Assembly (NCBI GenBank): GCA_965178125.1
Contig: OZ237737.1
Location: 1,488,001 to 1,552,000 of the forward strand
From: Bilabrum cf. latius
Lineage: Eukaryota
Reading direction: 5' to 3'
Length of the DNA stretch: 64,000 bases
The translations under genes and the position numbers were made by a program. The notes beneath the pieces are model-generated. The model was not told the origin of the DNA. It ran no database searches and worked only from the letters and a program-made list of their open reading frames with translations. Below are positions 26,501-41,500 of this stretch, one piece after another. Every line of letters begins with the position of its first letter. The first letter of the stretch is position 1.

Positions 26501-29500
26501 CGCTATCCGGGGCCACGTTGAGCGTGGGACGGCCAGAGACTTGAGCCAGAGGAGCATTGCGGGCCTTCTGCTCCTGGCCAATCCATGCACCAACGGAGCT
26601 TCGGCGCATAGTGCCAGCCAATGTTTGCTAAGAGCCCATCGCGTGCGAGATGGGCAAGATCGTAGACACGGCGTGCTGGGCCCCGCCCACGAGCAAACGG
26701 TCCACCATCACATCCACGTAACGGCTGACAACTGGCTTCTGCAGCAGCCCCACCCTGAACGGGCCAAGAGCCTCAACGCCATTCGGCACCGTGTGATCGC
26801 ACACCACGGTGCCATCCGGCTTGTGCACCTGCACTCGCATCGAGCCTGCCTCGCTACTGACACTGGGGCCACTCACCATGGTGACCAGGCGCTCGTGCCC
26901 GCCATGCTCCCAGCATGACTAGCACGTGTGCGAGAACCCGAAGGAAGTTTCGATGCGGCACTGACCAGATTGTTCATAGAATCGCAATGTGATATGGCTG
27001 CGGTGCCCAAAGCGCCCGGAGTCGTCCTGCAGGTCGCCAGCGCGGCGGCGAAGGCGCTCCACGACAGACTTGAGAGCAGCCTTGGACTGCTGGTGCCTGC
27101 TTCCCATCATACCACCACCGTGGAGACCTGTACCCTCAGAACCCAAAGAAATGGACAAAATCTCACCTCGGTTGTCGTTGACGGTGGTTCCCGTTGGTCG
27201 AGGTTCAGCACCGCTGTTCCTGCTCGGGAAAATCACACGCGTGTGCAATGCGAACGAACCATCAGGAGAGTCGAAGAGCCTGCCGCTCTGCATGCCCCGC
27301 CAGAACGACCCACCGGGCGAGTATGTAAGCATCCGCATGGCGGTCCGATCGAGCGCAAGACCATGATCATCCGTGGTACTGACGAGCTCACCAGCGTGTG
27401 GCACGCCTGACGACCCGCCAAACCCACCGGCCTCGGCCCCCTCTGACATGATTCCCCAGCCTCCGCGGCTGCCGCCACGTCCGTAGAAGGATGGATCGAA
27501 GTCTGCAGAGCCATAGGGACCCATTCCCGCCTCGGTTCTGTTTGCGAGACGCACGATACCCACGTAGTCCGGTTGCAGCAGCTCGTACGAAGTGGGAGTT
27601 CTTAGGCCGGTGTACTCCAGCAGGCCCTCTGCCGTCACACTCTACCAGCCCATCGAACCGAACGCGCGACTTCCGCTACCAGTTGATGCATAGGTGCTTG
27701 TACCGGGCTGCAGCAGGTCCGCTGCAAACCAGGACTGAGTTGCGAGGGTAGTCTGGCCAGCCTTGAGGCCCAGACGCGTGCCCAAGTCGATTTCAGATAA
27801 AAGTCCATCCCGCACGTCAGACATGTCCCAAGTCTGCGGCTCAGAGCCTCCAGACTGCAGATTGTCTGACGCTAGGCGCATCCGCTCCACAGCGCCTGCG
27901 AGTTGCATGCGCGCCTACACAGTTCCAAATTCCTGCCGCACCTCTAGTGAGTCGGAGGCAAATCCCGTGCCCTGCACCTGCACGGCATTCGCTTGCACCA
28001 GAGACACTGAGGGCCACCTGGCCACTCCAGCTCCCGGCAGCCTCACTCCGGTGCTGAGAGTCAGCTCGAGGCTAGCGTTCCCAGGGCTAACTGCGCTTGC
28101 CATGGAGCTATTTGTGGGAGATGCAGCAGTCACAGTCGGCAGAAGTTCCGGCACAGAAGTAACGACACGGAACGTCGCTCCGTTCCAGCGAGCCGATGAC
28201 TGGCCACCCTTGAGCATCAGCAAACCTCGAGGCACAACCACGGCGTACTCGGTCCATGCGGTCGGCAGAGCGGCGGCAGGCAGCAGCAGGCTGGCACACC
28301 TATCGTTCTCAGATAGAACCACATGCGGGGCATCCGTGGCGGCACTGACGCCCGATGATGCAGACACCGAGGCAGAGAAAACAACTCCAGAGGTGGTCTC
28401 GTCTACGACTCCGCCGGGTCCGGACACCTTCCGGACCGCAACCGTGACCGCAGACGTGCCGAGCTGAACTTGTCTGTCGAAGCACATCGTCAGCGGCTGG
28501 TTCAAGCCTGGTCGAAGTGCGCCACCAAGCGAGTGTCGCGTGCGTGAGAGCAGGATAGGCGCAGACCCGCGCATGGCAGCAGCTCGCCTTAGCTGCTCAG
28601 GGCTGATCGTGTCAGCGCTGCTGGCTCCTGCCGCGAAACTGGAGTCAACCACGCTGCCGTGCTGCAGTTGGGAGAAACCGGTGGTTGCAATCGCAGCCCT
28701 CAACGTGGCTGAGCCCTTGGCTGCCATCAGATTGGACACGGAGACCGACTCGAGTGCCGCTGAGAAGGTAAGACGCGCCATGGGGCCATCCGTCTTGGTC
28801 ACGGGTGAGTCCATCCACAAGGCGCCCTGCTACGCGCTTGCAGCCACCTATAGCCCGCCAGTACCCGGCGATACAGAGGTCAGCACAGGCGCCCTGCCAT
28901 CAGCCGGAGATACCGCACCTGATTCCGAGGACCAGTCAGAGAATCCAGAAGGACCAAAGGACCGGACCCTGAAGGTGGCTGATTGCGCCCACTACAAGGG
29001 CGAATCAGACTCCCCGTCAAATGGCAGCGCAGTGCCCCAGCGGAACTCTACACTGCGCGGGAGCTCATCGGTACCCGCAGACTCCGTCGAATTGTCGCGG
29101 CTGGTGCCAAAGACCCGACCCACAACGCGGGCATCGTCGCGAAGCACAGCGAGGGATCGTCCAGACTGCACGTGCTGCACCTCGTAACCCCAAATGGACG
29201 CTGCAGACCCGCCTGCGTCCGCAGATCCTTCTCCAGAGCTGGGCCTGGTCCACTGCACCTCGATACCATGGGCTGCGAGCGAAGCAAGTACAGTGCGGGG
29301 GGCGTCCGGCATGGCCTTCGGTAGAGTGGATAGCGATGAGGCCAGCGAGTTGCCGTCCACAGCACCGACACAGCCTGTCCCGGCGGTGACGAGTCGACTT
29401 GCGCCGCTGATCGTCCCGCCATAGTATAGAGCAACAGCACCCCCCGCACCTCCTCCAGCATCGACCACGCTGTAATCGCCAGTCCCACCGGCCGCCATGA

Positions 29501-32500
29501 GCCTGCTGGAGCCTTCCACATCCCCTCCGACGATGCACAAAATAGACCCACCAGCTCCGCCACCAGAGGCGCTGCTGCTAGTGCCCTCTCTGACAGCTCC
29601 AGACGCGATGATGTCAGCGCCAAGCTGCAGACGCTTGGCAATCACAAGGTGGACGGCGCCACCGCCAGCGCCACCCATGAGTTCCCGTCGGTTGCTGCCG
29701 AACCCACGACCACCAGCACTACCGAACGTCATCGGCCAAGCCGAAGTGCCATACGTGCTAGTCGACGGCTGGGCAAGCTCGCGGCAGGTTTGACTGCGGT
29801 AGCACGACGGGCCACCCTATCCAATGTGACCTCCACCGGCAGCTGATCCGTGGGGGATTCCAGAGCACCTGCTGACCTGTGCGGTGTCCTCGAAAGACTC
29901 CCCGAGAGCAGGCCCACCTGCAATTAGTCCGGTGCTAGTCTGTCCGTACTGTCCTTCTTCGTAGGTGTGCAGTGGGTAATACGTGTCCTCTTGCTACCAC
30001 ACGGTGACCGGGTCATTTTCGCTGTGTCCTCGCCCTGCAGTGGTGATGGTGGCACTACTGTCTAGCTCCAGATCATTCACGATTACCACGATACGGCTCG
30101 CCTGCCAGCTAGCCGACGACACCACGGTAGCGTTGGCGTGCGGCACCAGCACTCGGATCTCACACCGTGGCGCAGAACACAGTAGCCTGCTGCCAGACCC
30201 GGAGAAATCCAGCACTCTGTTGTCAGGCCGCACCGAGGCTCGTGGTGTCTCGGTGTTCATGGACAGAGCCCGTACTGAATACGCTGTGGTTGGAACCACA
30301 GCGATGCCACCCATCGCGCTGATGTGCCCTTGCACGTCCATGGCATCGGCAGCGATGGTCAGCGTAAGGTTGCCAGACAAAGTCGGGTCGGCGATGCGGA
30401 AGGACTCGCCCTCATACTACCGCTCGTCGAGAGTTGTGACGAGTGCGGTGGCCAGGAAGGCACCAGTCCTAACAGCCTCTTGCTTGCGAGCCCGAATCTC
30501 GGCATCCAGTGGGTAATCGTAGGCAGAATCGCCATCAACAAGCCGCTGCGCGAACTTCCACTGGGCCTCGGCGAGAGCTTGCAGCTCGGGCATGATCTTG
30601 CAGCCGCTAGCAACCTGCACCATGGTGGCAGCTACTGCTGTCGATGCGTGAGCTGAAGCATCACCATCATTCAAGGACTAGACTGAGCTACTGAATGCAC
30701 CATACATACCACCAATGTTGGCAGGCGACGCCACTGCCCCAGTCGAGACATTCAGATAGGCCAATTCCAGCGATGCCATGTTGGGAGGCAAGATGGTCGG
30801 CTGCAGCGTGGTCCAGCTGTTCCTTACGTCCAGAGATGCATAGCCTGTGCTGGCCTCCTCACGGTACCAGGTGCCGGCAGCGCCAGTGCTACGATGCTAG
30901 GAGATGTGCGGCCCGTTGCCGTGCACGATGGCATTGATTCCACGGTGCAACGTGTCCTGGGCGAGGTAGCTCACTCGCCCACCAGACCCACCGCCCCCGC
31001 CGTACGAACTAGACCCAGCACTTCCACCACCGCGAGCATACGCAACACCGTGGCCCGTAATCTCGCGCGCTTGGAGCAGAATACTACCGCCAGCACCACC
31101 ACCGCCCGCCGTGCTAAAGAAAGCCTTGCCAGCGCTGCCGTCTGCCGTTGCGAAGGTTCCACCACTTGTTTCGATTGCTACCAACTCAACGGCGGTGATG
31201 TTGATCACGCCGCCTCCAGGCCCGCCGATTGCCACCCGCGGTCGCGGGCTGTTCGTGTCAATGCTCGAGCCGCCCGCACTGCCTGGCAAGCTCGGCATAC
31301 GGGCATCACCGTAGGCAGGCATCGGTTCAGAGGGCTCAAGGTCACGAAGAGCGTTGCAGGCAGGCGTGTGACTATTGAACAGGATAGGGAACCCGCCTCT
31401 GCCGGCGTGGGAAGCGCCTGTCCCCGAGATCTCCGCCTGGCATTCTCTGGCCTCGGGAGCAGCCAAGGGGCCACCGGGTCCTCGCGTCTGGCTGGGGCGG
31501 TCGTCGTGGAAGACTCCGAGGTGATCAACGGGCCAGTAGTCGCTGCGGGCACCGTACCTGTACGCAGGCGACCCGTCGTCAAGCACTAGGCCCGGCATCG
31601 AAGTGTCGCCCACGCTCTTGGCAGCAAGGGGCTCCGTCTGCCTTGCCTCATTTAAGATGTCTCTGAGCTCCTCCACGGGCTGGAAGCCCATGCCTGTCGC
31701 GTCGAATGAGCCAGAGACTCTGACTACCTGACCGCTTGCTGATGCGAACGCGCCACGCACGGTACCGTCCACCCGTAACACGCTTGCGGGTACTTGGCTG
31801 TCGAGGTGTGCTCTGCAGGTAGCAAACTCGCGGCATTCCACCAGGCCGGTCTCCGCTACCTAAGACTGGACAATCCCACCACAGCCGAAGGAGAGCTCTC
31901 CGATGCCCACCGCGAAGCTGTCCCTGAATCTGACGAACCTGGCAGTGATTGGCCGCTTGAATGTGTAGGTCATCGTCTTGTAGCGATCCTGCGTCGTGGA
32001 AATCAAGTTGCTGGGGATCCTCTCAATGTTCACAAAGCCCGCATCTGATGCTTCCGGGTCGGTGCCAGGGCCGGTCGAAGTGTTCGATGCATCAATGTAG
32101 ACGCTCTCCAGCGATTCATACCAAACATATGAGTTACCACCCTGCTGATTCAAAGGCATGAAAGTCATGTGCGTGACGGTCACGACCTCGCCGAAATCAA
32201 CCTCGATGATCTCCCCAGAGGTCCGGTGCACTTCCACGCCCGTCCGGCCGTCCCCATCTCGAAGGCTCTCCACTGTCTACTAGTACCAAGCATCGGTATC
32301 TGCTCTGTCAGATGCGGGGATCTTTATGGTGAAGTTTGTCAGCGGGTCTTGGAGGTCTTGCTCAGTCAAAGACGAGGCCCCGGCACCTCTCAAGATGGCA
32401 GCGCGCCAGGCCCAGCCAGACGTGCCCATGCCACGGGTGGCAAGACCAGTCGCGGAATGCGAAGCAGAGGACAGCGCCAGGTCGCCATCGGCGCCGAACC

Positions 32501-35500
32501 ACTTGCTCGCGGTGTCTGCACCGAGCAAAGAATCACCGGCGGCTTGCCTAGCGAGGCGACGCACCTGTGCGGCATGGGCGGGGCACGCCTACTTGTGCAG
32601 TCTGCCGTCCGACATGATGCGGGCATGATGCTGCCTGAAGGCGTCATCCGTCACCACCACGGAGGCATTCGCCCACACGTGTCCCTTGATCGAGTACTCG
32701 TGGGCGTCTAGTCTCAGGGCACGGGAGGCCGACGTTACGGTGGCATGCAGAGCGATGTCCACGTGCATGGCCCCCATCCTGGCCTCGCTCGAGTTGTCAA
32801 TCATAGTACGTCCATCGTCGAACCATGGAGCCCGCGTGCTGTTGAATACCTGTGGCACAAGCGCGGTAGAGTCTCCATCGGCAATGCGGACATCGCCGGA
32901 TCGCGCGTCTACAGCGAGCCTCCGAAGCAACCTCGCTGTGACAACCACATGGGAGTACGCACCGACAGTGAGCTTCCATAGGCGGTCGGGTAGCAGGGCC
33001 CCCCCATCGTCATCCAACCCGTCCGCATCCTCGTCTCGGAATGCAGACAAGACGGTGACCGACTGGTCCGCACGAGAGTTGGGTGAAATCGCGTTAGAGA
33101 CCACCAGCTCCCCCATCCCCTCCGACTCAAGGTAGACAGAGCCAGCTCCACCGATTGGGTTGGAGGAATACGAACCGCCATGGGCTCGCACCAAAGCACG
33201 ATTCAAACCGTGAAGCGACCTGCCAGACACAATGGCAATCCGCCCGCCTGATCCACAGCCGGCGTGTATGGTGCAGGCCCCGTTTGCAAACACGTTGCCC
33301 TGGACGTCGACGACTCGGCCATGAAGAGCGATGGAGCCGCCGCTGCCTCCGCCTCCATAAGCAGTAGATGATGCGCTGCCGCGCTGGCCAATTGCACCAT
33401 TCGAGGTTATGTGCGCGTTTTGCTCCGCTCTGAGCCTATCCATCGCAACCACACGGATACGACCTCCACCAGCACCGGGGGGGCCCACGAGTCGGCCGGC
33501 TCGGAAGCCCCAGCCACCAGCAGAGCCGAATTCGAAGGGATCCACGATGGAGCCGTACCCCTCCCTGGCTCTGGAGAACGAACATCCAGTGGGCAATGTA
33601 GACGGAGTAATAGGATATGACCCGCGCCCGCCGAAGCTTCCTCCCACTCCGGGCAGATCACACGCCCCGCCGCAGTCAAGACGATCACCGTTCTGCGAGT
33701 CGCCGGCACCTTGAGCATCAGCAACAAGCTCCGCAGGAGTCTCCTCAAAGGCCTCAGTGGGACCGATGCCTGGCAAGACCAGCGGGGACCCAGGGCCTGC
33801 AAAACCACGAATGGATCCCCCCAGTCCATCTGCGTTGAGGTGAGCGCTGGCGCCATCCAGTAGGAAATCCTTGACGGTGATATCGATCGAGCTGCCTCGG
33901 ATGGCACCCTCCACGACGACCTCAGTGTCAGGCATGGTCATGTTGACGCTGCAGAACGTTGCCCAGCACTCTACCCGCGACGTAGTGTGGAACCTGAGCC
34001 TGCGCCTAGGCATGGAGGACGAGCACTGCGACTCGCTAGAAGCTCCAGACCCGGCATCCCGCGGCCCAACCAGGGCCCTCTTGGCCGTTGCCTCTGCCAA
34101 GTTGGTCGACTAGCGACTGGTACTCTTCTGTCCAAATACAACTCCATCCCTCGCAGCGATCTTTCCGCGGACGTCTGCCTCGAACACGCTCAGCGCGAAC
34201 GAGCCCTCCTCGCTGGTGATCTCGCTCGTCGAATCGATCTCCAGGAAGTCAGGGTCGATGACCATGCCGTCCGGCACGCGCACGCGCGCGTAGCTTTTCA
34301 GCACTAGCCGGGAGATGCCGTCGATATCTGACGGGTTCAACTGCACCGTAACATTCCATGTCGTCTGACCGGGGACGGTACCGTCCACTCTGAGGGTCTT
34401 CAGTCCGCCTTCTTCGATGAGCACAGTACCAGACTGCGAGTGCAAACAATGAGTCGATGCGGAGCCCGGGGCGGCAAGAGAAATCCGGCGAGACAAGCCT
34501 CCATAGTAGTCAGTCTTTACGTGGATCCGCCCACCACTGCCACACCCTCCCGGTCCGTTGCTGCTGCTGCCAGAGTGCGACCCTGAGGCCCGCACGTTGC
34601 CTGTTCCAGTGATATATTGGGCAGCCACCTGGACAGACCCGCCGCTCCCGCCGCCACCTTGCGCATGGGCAACGTACTGCCCGTTAAACCCATTGGCTTC
34701 GATCAGCGTGCTGCCTTGTCCCATGTGAAGAGGTCCTCTTGCGACTATCCGGACGCGACCGCCACCACGGCCACCGCGGCCACCCTCCCCGTCGTGGTCC
34801 ACACCTGTCATACCAGGCTCGCCGTACAACCACGGCTCTGCCACTGTGCCGCGGCCGTCCGTTGGCCCCGGAGGCGCCGCGCAGTCCGGTCGCTCCGAGT
34901 ACGAACTGGGACCCCCACTGCCGCCGTAGGAACCTCCGATGCCGGAGATCTTCAGCGTGCCCAGTTCGCAGGCATCGCTGTGCTGCTGCAGTGCCTCACC
35001 GCGATCAGCGAAGGGACCCTAGCCCGTAGTGCTCACTGGGCTCACCAGGTTAATTTCCTGCGCGTTGATGTCTACAGTTGAGCCCTGCACTGATCCGCGC
35101 ATCTCTAAATAGCTGAATCCGGCCTGCAGATCCACCGCGGCCCTGCACATGGACCCTGTGCATCCGAAGAAGGAATTCTCCTCGAGCACGTGGGCCTGCC
35201 GCCCGCAGAAGAACTCGATCCCGTCGAGGCCAATCGGGTTCTATGGAGCGTCTAGCCGAACGTATCGGGTTGTTACCGCGAGGCCAAAATCAACGTAGAA
35301 CTGCTGGTAGTCAATTCTGGTTCTTGTAAGGCTGCTTGGCGTCTTGACAGCAACTGTGTAGTTCAGGCTGTTGAACGTGTCATCCGTAATGTTTGACACC
35401 TTCACCTCCATGTTGTTGACATTGTTCCAGTAGGTGTACGAATTGTGTCGCCACCTGGTCGGCTCGATGAAGAAACCAGTGAGCGTGACTGGCGTTCCAA

Positions 35501-38500
35501 AGTCAAACTCAAACTCGGCGTTATTGTGGGTCCTGATCCCAGTGCGGTCGTCGTGGTCCATAAGTGCCAGCTTGGCGTCGTGCTCCGGCTGCTCGCTGCT
35601 CCCAACAACGCCGAACTCACCATGCGCAACACCCCCGACCAAATCCCCTCCGACGCTTCTTACGGTCCAGTTGCCGAGCCTCCACATCTGCTCTTGCGCA
35701 GTCTCTTCGGCCGACGCAAAGCAGGACGGCTGCGCGTTGTACAGTCGCTCTTGCAGTGCCCGCTCCTCTCTCGAGCTGGCATAACCGTCACCGCCAGCAG
35801 TGGTAGCCGCATCGGTCAGAACCACCTGCTCGGTGGCCTCGATGCGTCCCTTGGAGGTCAGCCCTCCGGTGATGATGCGGTAGTCCCGGCCCACGATGCG
35901 GTCAGAGGTCCCATACATCCAGATCCGACCGACCTTGATGCTCTCGCCGGTCGCTGTGCGGGACACGCCGATAGCATAATCATCGGATCCGTCCATGCCA
36001 CCCCTCCAGGTTTCCGGATCCGCAGCATCCGAGCCCGATAGAGCGGTGAGTGCGCTGCTATCGTAGGTCCACGCGTCGGGGGCCTCCACTGTGGCTGCAC
36101 CACTGATGTGCAGCCAATCAAGGTCAGCCGGAACGGAATCAATGGGCCAGGGCGTTGAAGCGTTGATGGAGTCTTGGTGCACGGAGTAGCCAGCATTGCT
36201 AATGTTCAGATGCGTCACGCCGGCGCGGCTCTCAAAGATGGTACCGGCGCCGGCGTATCTGTACCCATTGCCTGCGTCGCCACCATGCGCACGGACCGTC
36301 AGGTCGCTCGAGATGGTCTCCGTTGCGTAAAGCGCGATTCGCCCACCAGCACCGGCGCCTACCTTTGCGTTCCTCACCAAACCCCTGGCTCCGCGAGCGT
36401 TGATGTTGCCAACGCTACCTAGAATCTGAGCGGAATGGACCTGGATAGACCCGCCAGCGCCCGACCCGGCCGGGATAGATCCAGACGATGTGTAGGTGCC
36501 TTCTGCTCCGTCGGCCTGGATCGTCCCCGACTCGATTTCCACAAAGTTGGCACCTTCCACGCGGATGCGGCCTCCTCCCGCACCGCCCATCCCATTGGTG
36601 AACCCTGTCTCATAGGAAGAGTTCGAACCTGCCGCACCATACTCCCAAGGAAGCACCACGGATCCGTACGCGTCACCGTTGCGCGAGAGCGTGCCACATG
36701 CAGGGACGGGGGGGAGCTGCGCGATGCCGCCGCGTCCACCATGACCCCCGCCTGCGCCCGCCGTCCACACTCCGCTGCCGCACTGGTCACCACTTCGGTC
36801 CCGCCCTGACACAGCGAAACCCTTCCGGGCTTCGGTTGAAATAGCCCCCTGGACCCGCAGGTCAGCCTCGTGGTATCCTTTCCCAGAGGCGTCCAATGTC
36901 CCGTAGATACTCACGTGGCGGTCCTTGATGACAACGGTGGAGCCCTCGACGATTGCGTTCAGCGAAGAGTAGTCGCTGTCGACAATAGTGTGGTGGAACG
37001 TGGATGCGGCATCGATCTCCACGGTGCAGAACCTGCTCTTGCATCTCAGCCTTGAGACGTCTCTGAACCTGTACAAGGGGCCCAGGCACCCAAACTGCAC
37101 GTATGAAAAGCTCGTGATACCATTGCTCCTTCGCTTGATCCTCCACATGCTGGCTTCCACGGGCTCGAAGAAGTAGGGCTTGGGATACCTCCACGACGCC
37201 CTGTCGATGTTGGTGGCCAGCTCCCAAGTAGTGCCTCCGTCCTGCGAATACTCAAGCATATGGGACGATAGACCGGTCGTATACGATCGGTGCGACTGCA
37301 CCCTGACATTGCTCAGCTGCACTGGCTGAGGGAACGTGAAGAGGATAGCTGCCGTGGTTGTGCTGCTGGTTCGCACACCGGTGTAGTAGTCTCTGTCCTG
37401 GATGGACTGCTTGGTTTGAGGGTACCATCTGGACGATGCGATCGGGGAGTCCATCGTCATTCGCCAAGACTCAGCCAGTCCGCCTGCCAGGCACCTGCCT
37501 GCATCCGAAAGCGAGGCAGCGGCCGCTCGGAACGGCTGGTCCGACATCTCCAGCCTGGAGTTGGCTTCTATCTCTCCTTGAATGTCCGCCTCGAACGCGT
37601 CTAGCCTGTAGGCCTCGCCCTGGACCTTTCCGGACCGTCCCACGAATAGGCGCTCTGCCTGCACAGAGGCAGATTCAGGCACCTGCATGATCCCGCTCGA
37701 GTCGACGTGCAGGTAGTGCAGGGCGGGGAGCAGCTGCCGGGGCACGGGGGTGTATGCGTGCTCCCCTGTTGCCTAATTCGAGTTCACGATGTACACGCTA
37801 CGGTTGCCCCGCGACTCGACGTACACGGAACCAGCGCCACCGTAGATGGACGCAGTCGAAGGAGTTGCGGTTGAAGCTCGGCTACGGATGCTGCCGAACG
37901 GCATGGTGACTCCACTCCCACGGCTCGACTGTGAAATCACTGCGATCCGACCACCAGACCCCTTGCCTGGCTACGAATTGCCGGGTCTGCTATTACACGT
38001 GCCGCCACCATCCGCTGTGATTGTCCCTTGGCCAAACACCCCTGCCCGCCCGATCACGACGATCGAACCGCCGGACCCAGACCCTCCGCATGCGTGATAC
38101 ATATACTCACCGCTCTCGCCAACAGCAGTAACCGCTGAACTCGACTCGAGCCTGACCGTCTCGGTTGCATTCAGATACGCACGACCGCCGCCGTAGCCGC
38201 CCCTGCCACCCACACTGTTCTCTCGCGAGTGCTCATAGCCATTTCCACCACCGGAGCCAAACAGACGAGGCAGGTAGATCTGGTCAAGGCCGTACGGCTC
38301 CTTGCTTGGAGTCGTGGGGTGGCCAGTGACGCTGCAAGAGGGAGAGTACACGGCCGAATTAGAGCCGCCCTTCCCACCGTACGAGGCGCCCGTTCCGGCT
38401 GAGAATGCGGCACAGGTCTGGATGACTGCATCGCCGGGTGCCCCAGGGCCTTGGTTGGGCCCGTAGCCTCGGTAGTTGGTGTTAATCTTGCCGGTAATCG

Positions 38501-41500
38501 ATAGCAAAGCTGAGCCTGTATCAACTCTGACATCCGACGCAGGACCGATGGTGCCAGTCACGTAAGTGCTCGTTCCTTCTGTCTGCATGTGCACCTTGCA
38601 CAGCTCTCCCGTGCACCCGATGGAAGACCCGAGCTCAATGTTGTGCTCGAACGGATTACAATTGAAGCGGAGCTCCCGGAATCCGACGCCGCTATTATAT
38701 GTAGTAAACCTAATCGCGTCGATGTTGGCGAGTGGATTGACAAAGTGGTGCTTGTACCAGCGCTTGTCCCCTGTCGTCGAAGGAGACGAGTCGGGCAACA
38801 CCTGCTGGAACGTAACACCGCCATCTGTCGATACGTGGATGTCCATCTCATGCCCCCGCGAGCTATACGCCTGGAACTCGAACGACGAAATATTTACGGG
38901 AGAATCGAAGATGGCGGAGAGCCACTACCATCTGGATGTTGAGGTCGAATAGTAGGTGTCCTCGTCGCCGTCTCTGAGTGTGCCATCGTCCAAGTACCCC
39001 ACAGGATCAGATGCAGACCTGGCTGATGAGTCCATCGTCCACTTCCCAAGATCCGAGTAAGGTGCCTGGTTCGATGGGCGAGCCAGCTCGTACCTGCCGC
39101 ACGCCCTGGCGAAGTCTGTCCTAGACCGGCCCTGGCGAAGCACGTCTGCGGTGCCTCCACTCAGCATCACACCATCGCCGACCCTGCCGTCTTCCACCGC
39201 TCCGCGAATCTTCACCGTCGCACCAGCCGTGATCCCACCGTTCGGCATCAGATGAAGGGAGTGAATCCCGAGCGAAACTTCGTTATCTGCCACGATGTCT
39301 CCATCGATAGAAGCTCGGTCGAATCGACCATCCACGATGCCACCGCGCACGATGGAAGTGGAGACCTGTTCCAGCCTTGCTGCGCGCATGGGCTCCGGAT
39401 TGTCACCACCACTGGTAGACGGCTGGGGAGCCAGGACGGTTGCCCTGGGACCGATCCGGAAGAACGACAGCGTGCTGCCCACATCGGTTGGATACGGGGT
39501 GTCCGCCTCGGGCGTGTACTACCCGGAGTTCTCGATGTAGAGCTGCTCTCCGTCCTGCGACACTACGTAGGCAGTGCCAGCGGCCCCCAGGCACTCAAAC
39601 GAGTTCGTTGATCCCCCTTGCACGTCCCAGCTAATGTCAGCGCTGAACGAACGCGGCGACCGTATGCTCAGCCTGCCACCGCTACCACCACCGGCCGCCT
39701 GGGCTATTCCGCTGCCCGCGCTCCCGCCGCCCGAAGCTGAGAGCTTGCCCTCGCCCCATATCTGCTGCGCGACCACCTGAGCTGACCCTCCGGCTCCGCC
39801 ACCGCCAGATGTGGAAGACACGAGGGTTCCCCGCTCACCGTTTGCAGAGATCACCGGCGTTGAACTCGGCTTTGCCAACACGATCTGTCCGCTCGTAGCC
39901 TCAAGCTTGATCTTGCCTCCTCCTGCTCCGCCTCGGCCGGCCACGCGACCAAAAGCAAAACCATCGAAGCCACCGCTGCCATATTCCCACGGGTTAGTAG
40001 CCAGTCCGTAAGGCGTACCAGTGACGCCCATCGGGGCGCACGGCTGAGATGCAGAGCAGAATCTCCCACCACCTCCGCCGTACGAAGCACCCAGCCCGTT
40101 ACGGATGGAAGTGTTGGCACACACAGCATCCGGCCCGTCCTCCACTCCTTGTGGAAGGCCTACCGGATTCCACGTTCGAGAGTTGTCGAACCGTGCAACG
40201 CCGGGGCCTGAATTGGCTCTGTAGCCCCTCAAATCGGCATTGATCTGACCAGAGTTCGTCAGGTCGATCTGGGCGTCCTGACCCGTGAAACCGATACTGA
40301 CGGTCGATCCAAGGACGTTCCCGGCCAACACCCCGAAGCTTTCATCCCTCTCGAACTGACCAGCCACGGAGCAGTCGTCGCCCGTGCACTGCACCACTCC
40401 GCCACTACCCAGCTGCGCGAAGGAGGGCGTGCACCTGAACCTCCAGTCGCCCAACGTGATGTGGCCGGAGGTGGTGTGCCTCCTGATCCGGATGTGGTAT
40501 GCGTTCATGATCGGATGAGACAGCACCACCCACGACACACCCGGGGTGGTCGGCATGTTTGGTAGCGTGCTTGGTTGCATCAACCTAGTCCAGTTGCCCT
40601 CTGTGTCGGGGTCAACATTCCGCAAAGTACTGTACTCGATGTACATCGTGCTGCCGCCCTGTTCGACAAGGTTATACTATCGGGAGGCGTACATGGCGAT
40701 GGCACTCACCGTTACGGGCGAGTTCCACGACGCCATGATCCAAGCAGATTTGTCGAATCCAGAGGAAGAACGATCGGTTCGAACGAAAGTCCTCATGTTC
40801 CCGTCGGTCAGCAACTCCTTTGCCTTGGACACTTCGAATGGCGCATTCACCATGGGTTCACTCAGAGAGACAGAGTGCGAGTCCAACACACGCTGCGAGG
40901 TGCACATGGGCTGCTGGTAGCCCTGCGCGCCGCTGCCTGAGGACCAAACGTGCGAATGCGGACCGGACCTCCACATGAACTCGTCGGGATCAACACCGCT
41001 CCTCGTATTGAGCGAGTCACGCACCACGACGGTGTTCTCACCCTGGATGGTGCCGTCCACGTGGAATTGAAGAGCATCTACCGCAAACGCCCGTCCTTGG
41101 ATGTAGGCAGTAGAGAGCACGTCCACACGCTTGGCGAGTACCAGCCCGCCTTCCGGTGGATGCACCCTGGCTCCCGACTAGACGATCAGGTGGTCGACCT
41201 CGAACGGGTCCTTGTCAGCGTCGGCAGTTCCGTCCGGCGCGTCTTCATACTCTGGCAGGTTGGTGGTGGCGTGCTCCGCGGCGATGTGATTGGCGTTGTC
41301 CATAATGAGAGTTTCCCATCCCTCGCTCTTGACGTAGATGGTGCCAGCACCGGCGTGGCAGGAGGCATGCACGTTGTGATTGCCGCCATAGGCCTGTGCG
41401 CTCACTGCAGGACTCATGTGGTCCTCAACCACGTAGGCGACGCGACCACCTGATCCAGCTCCGGTGCGATAGGTGCTGGATGCCGCAGCTGCCCCGATTG

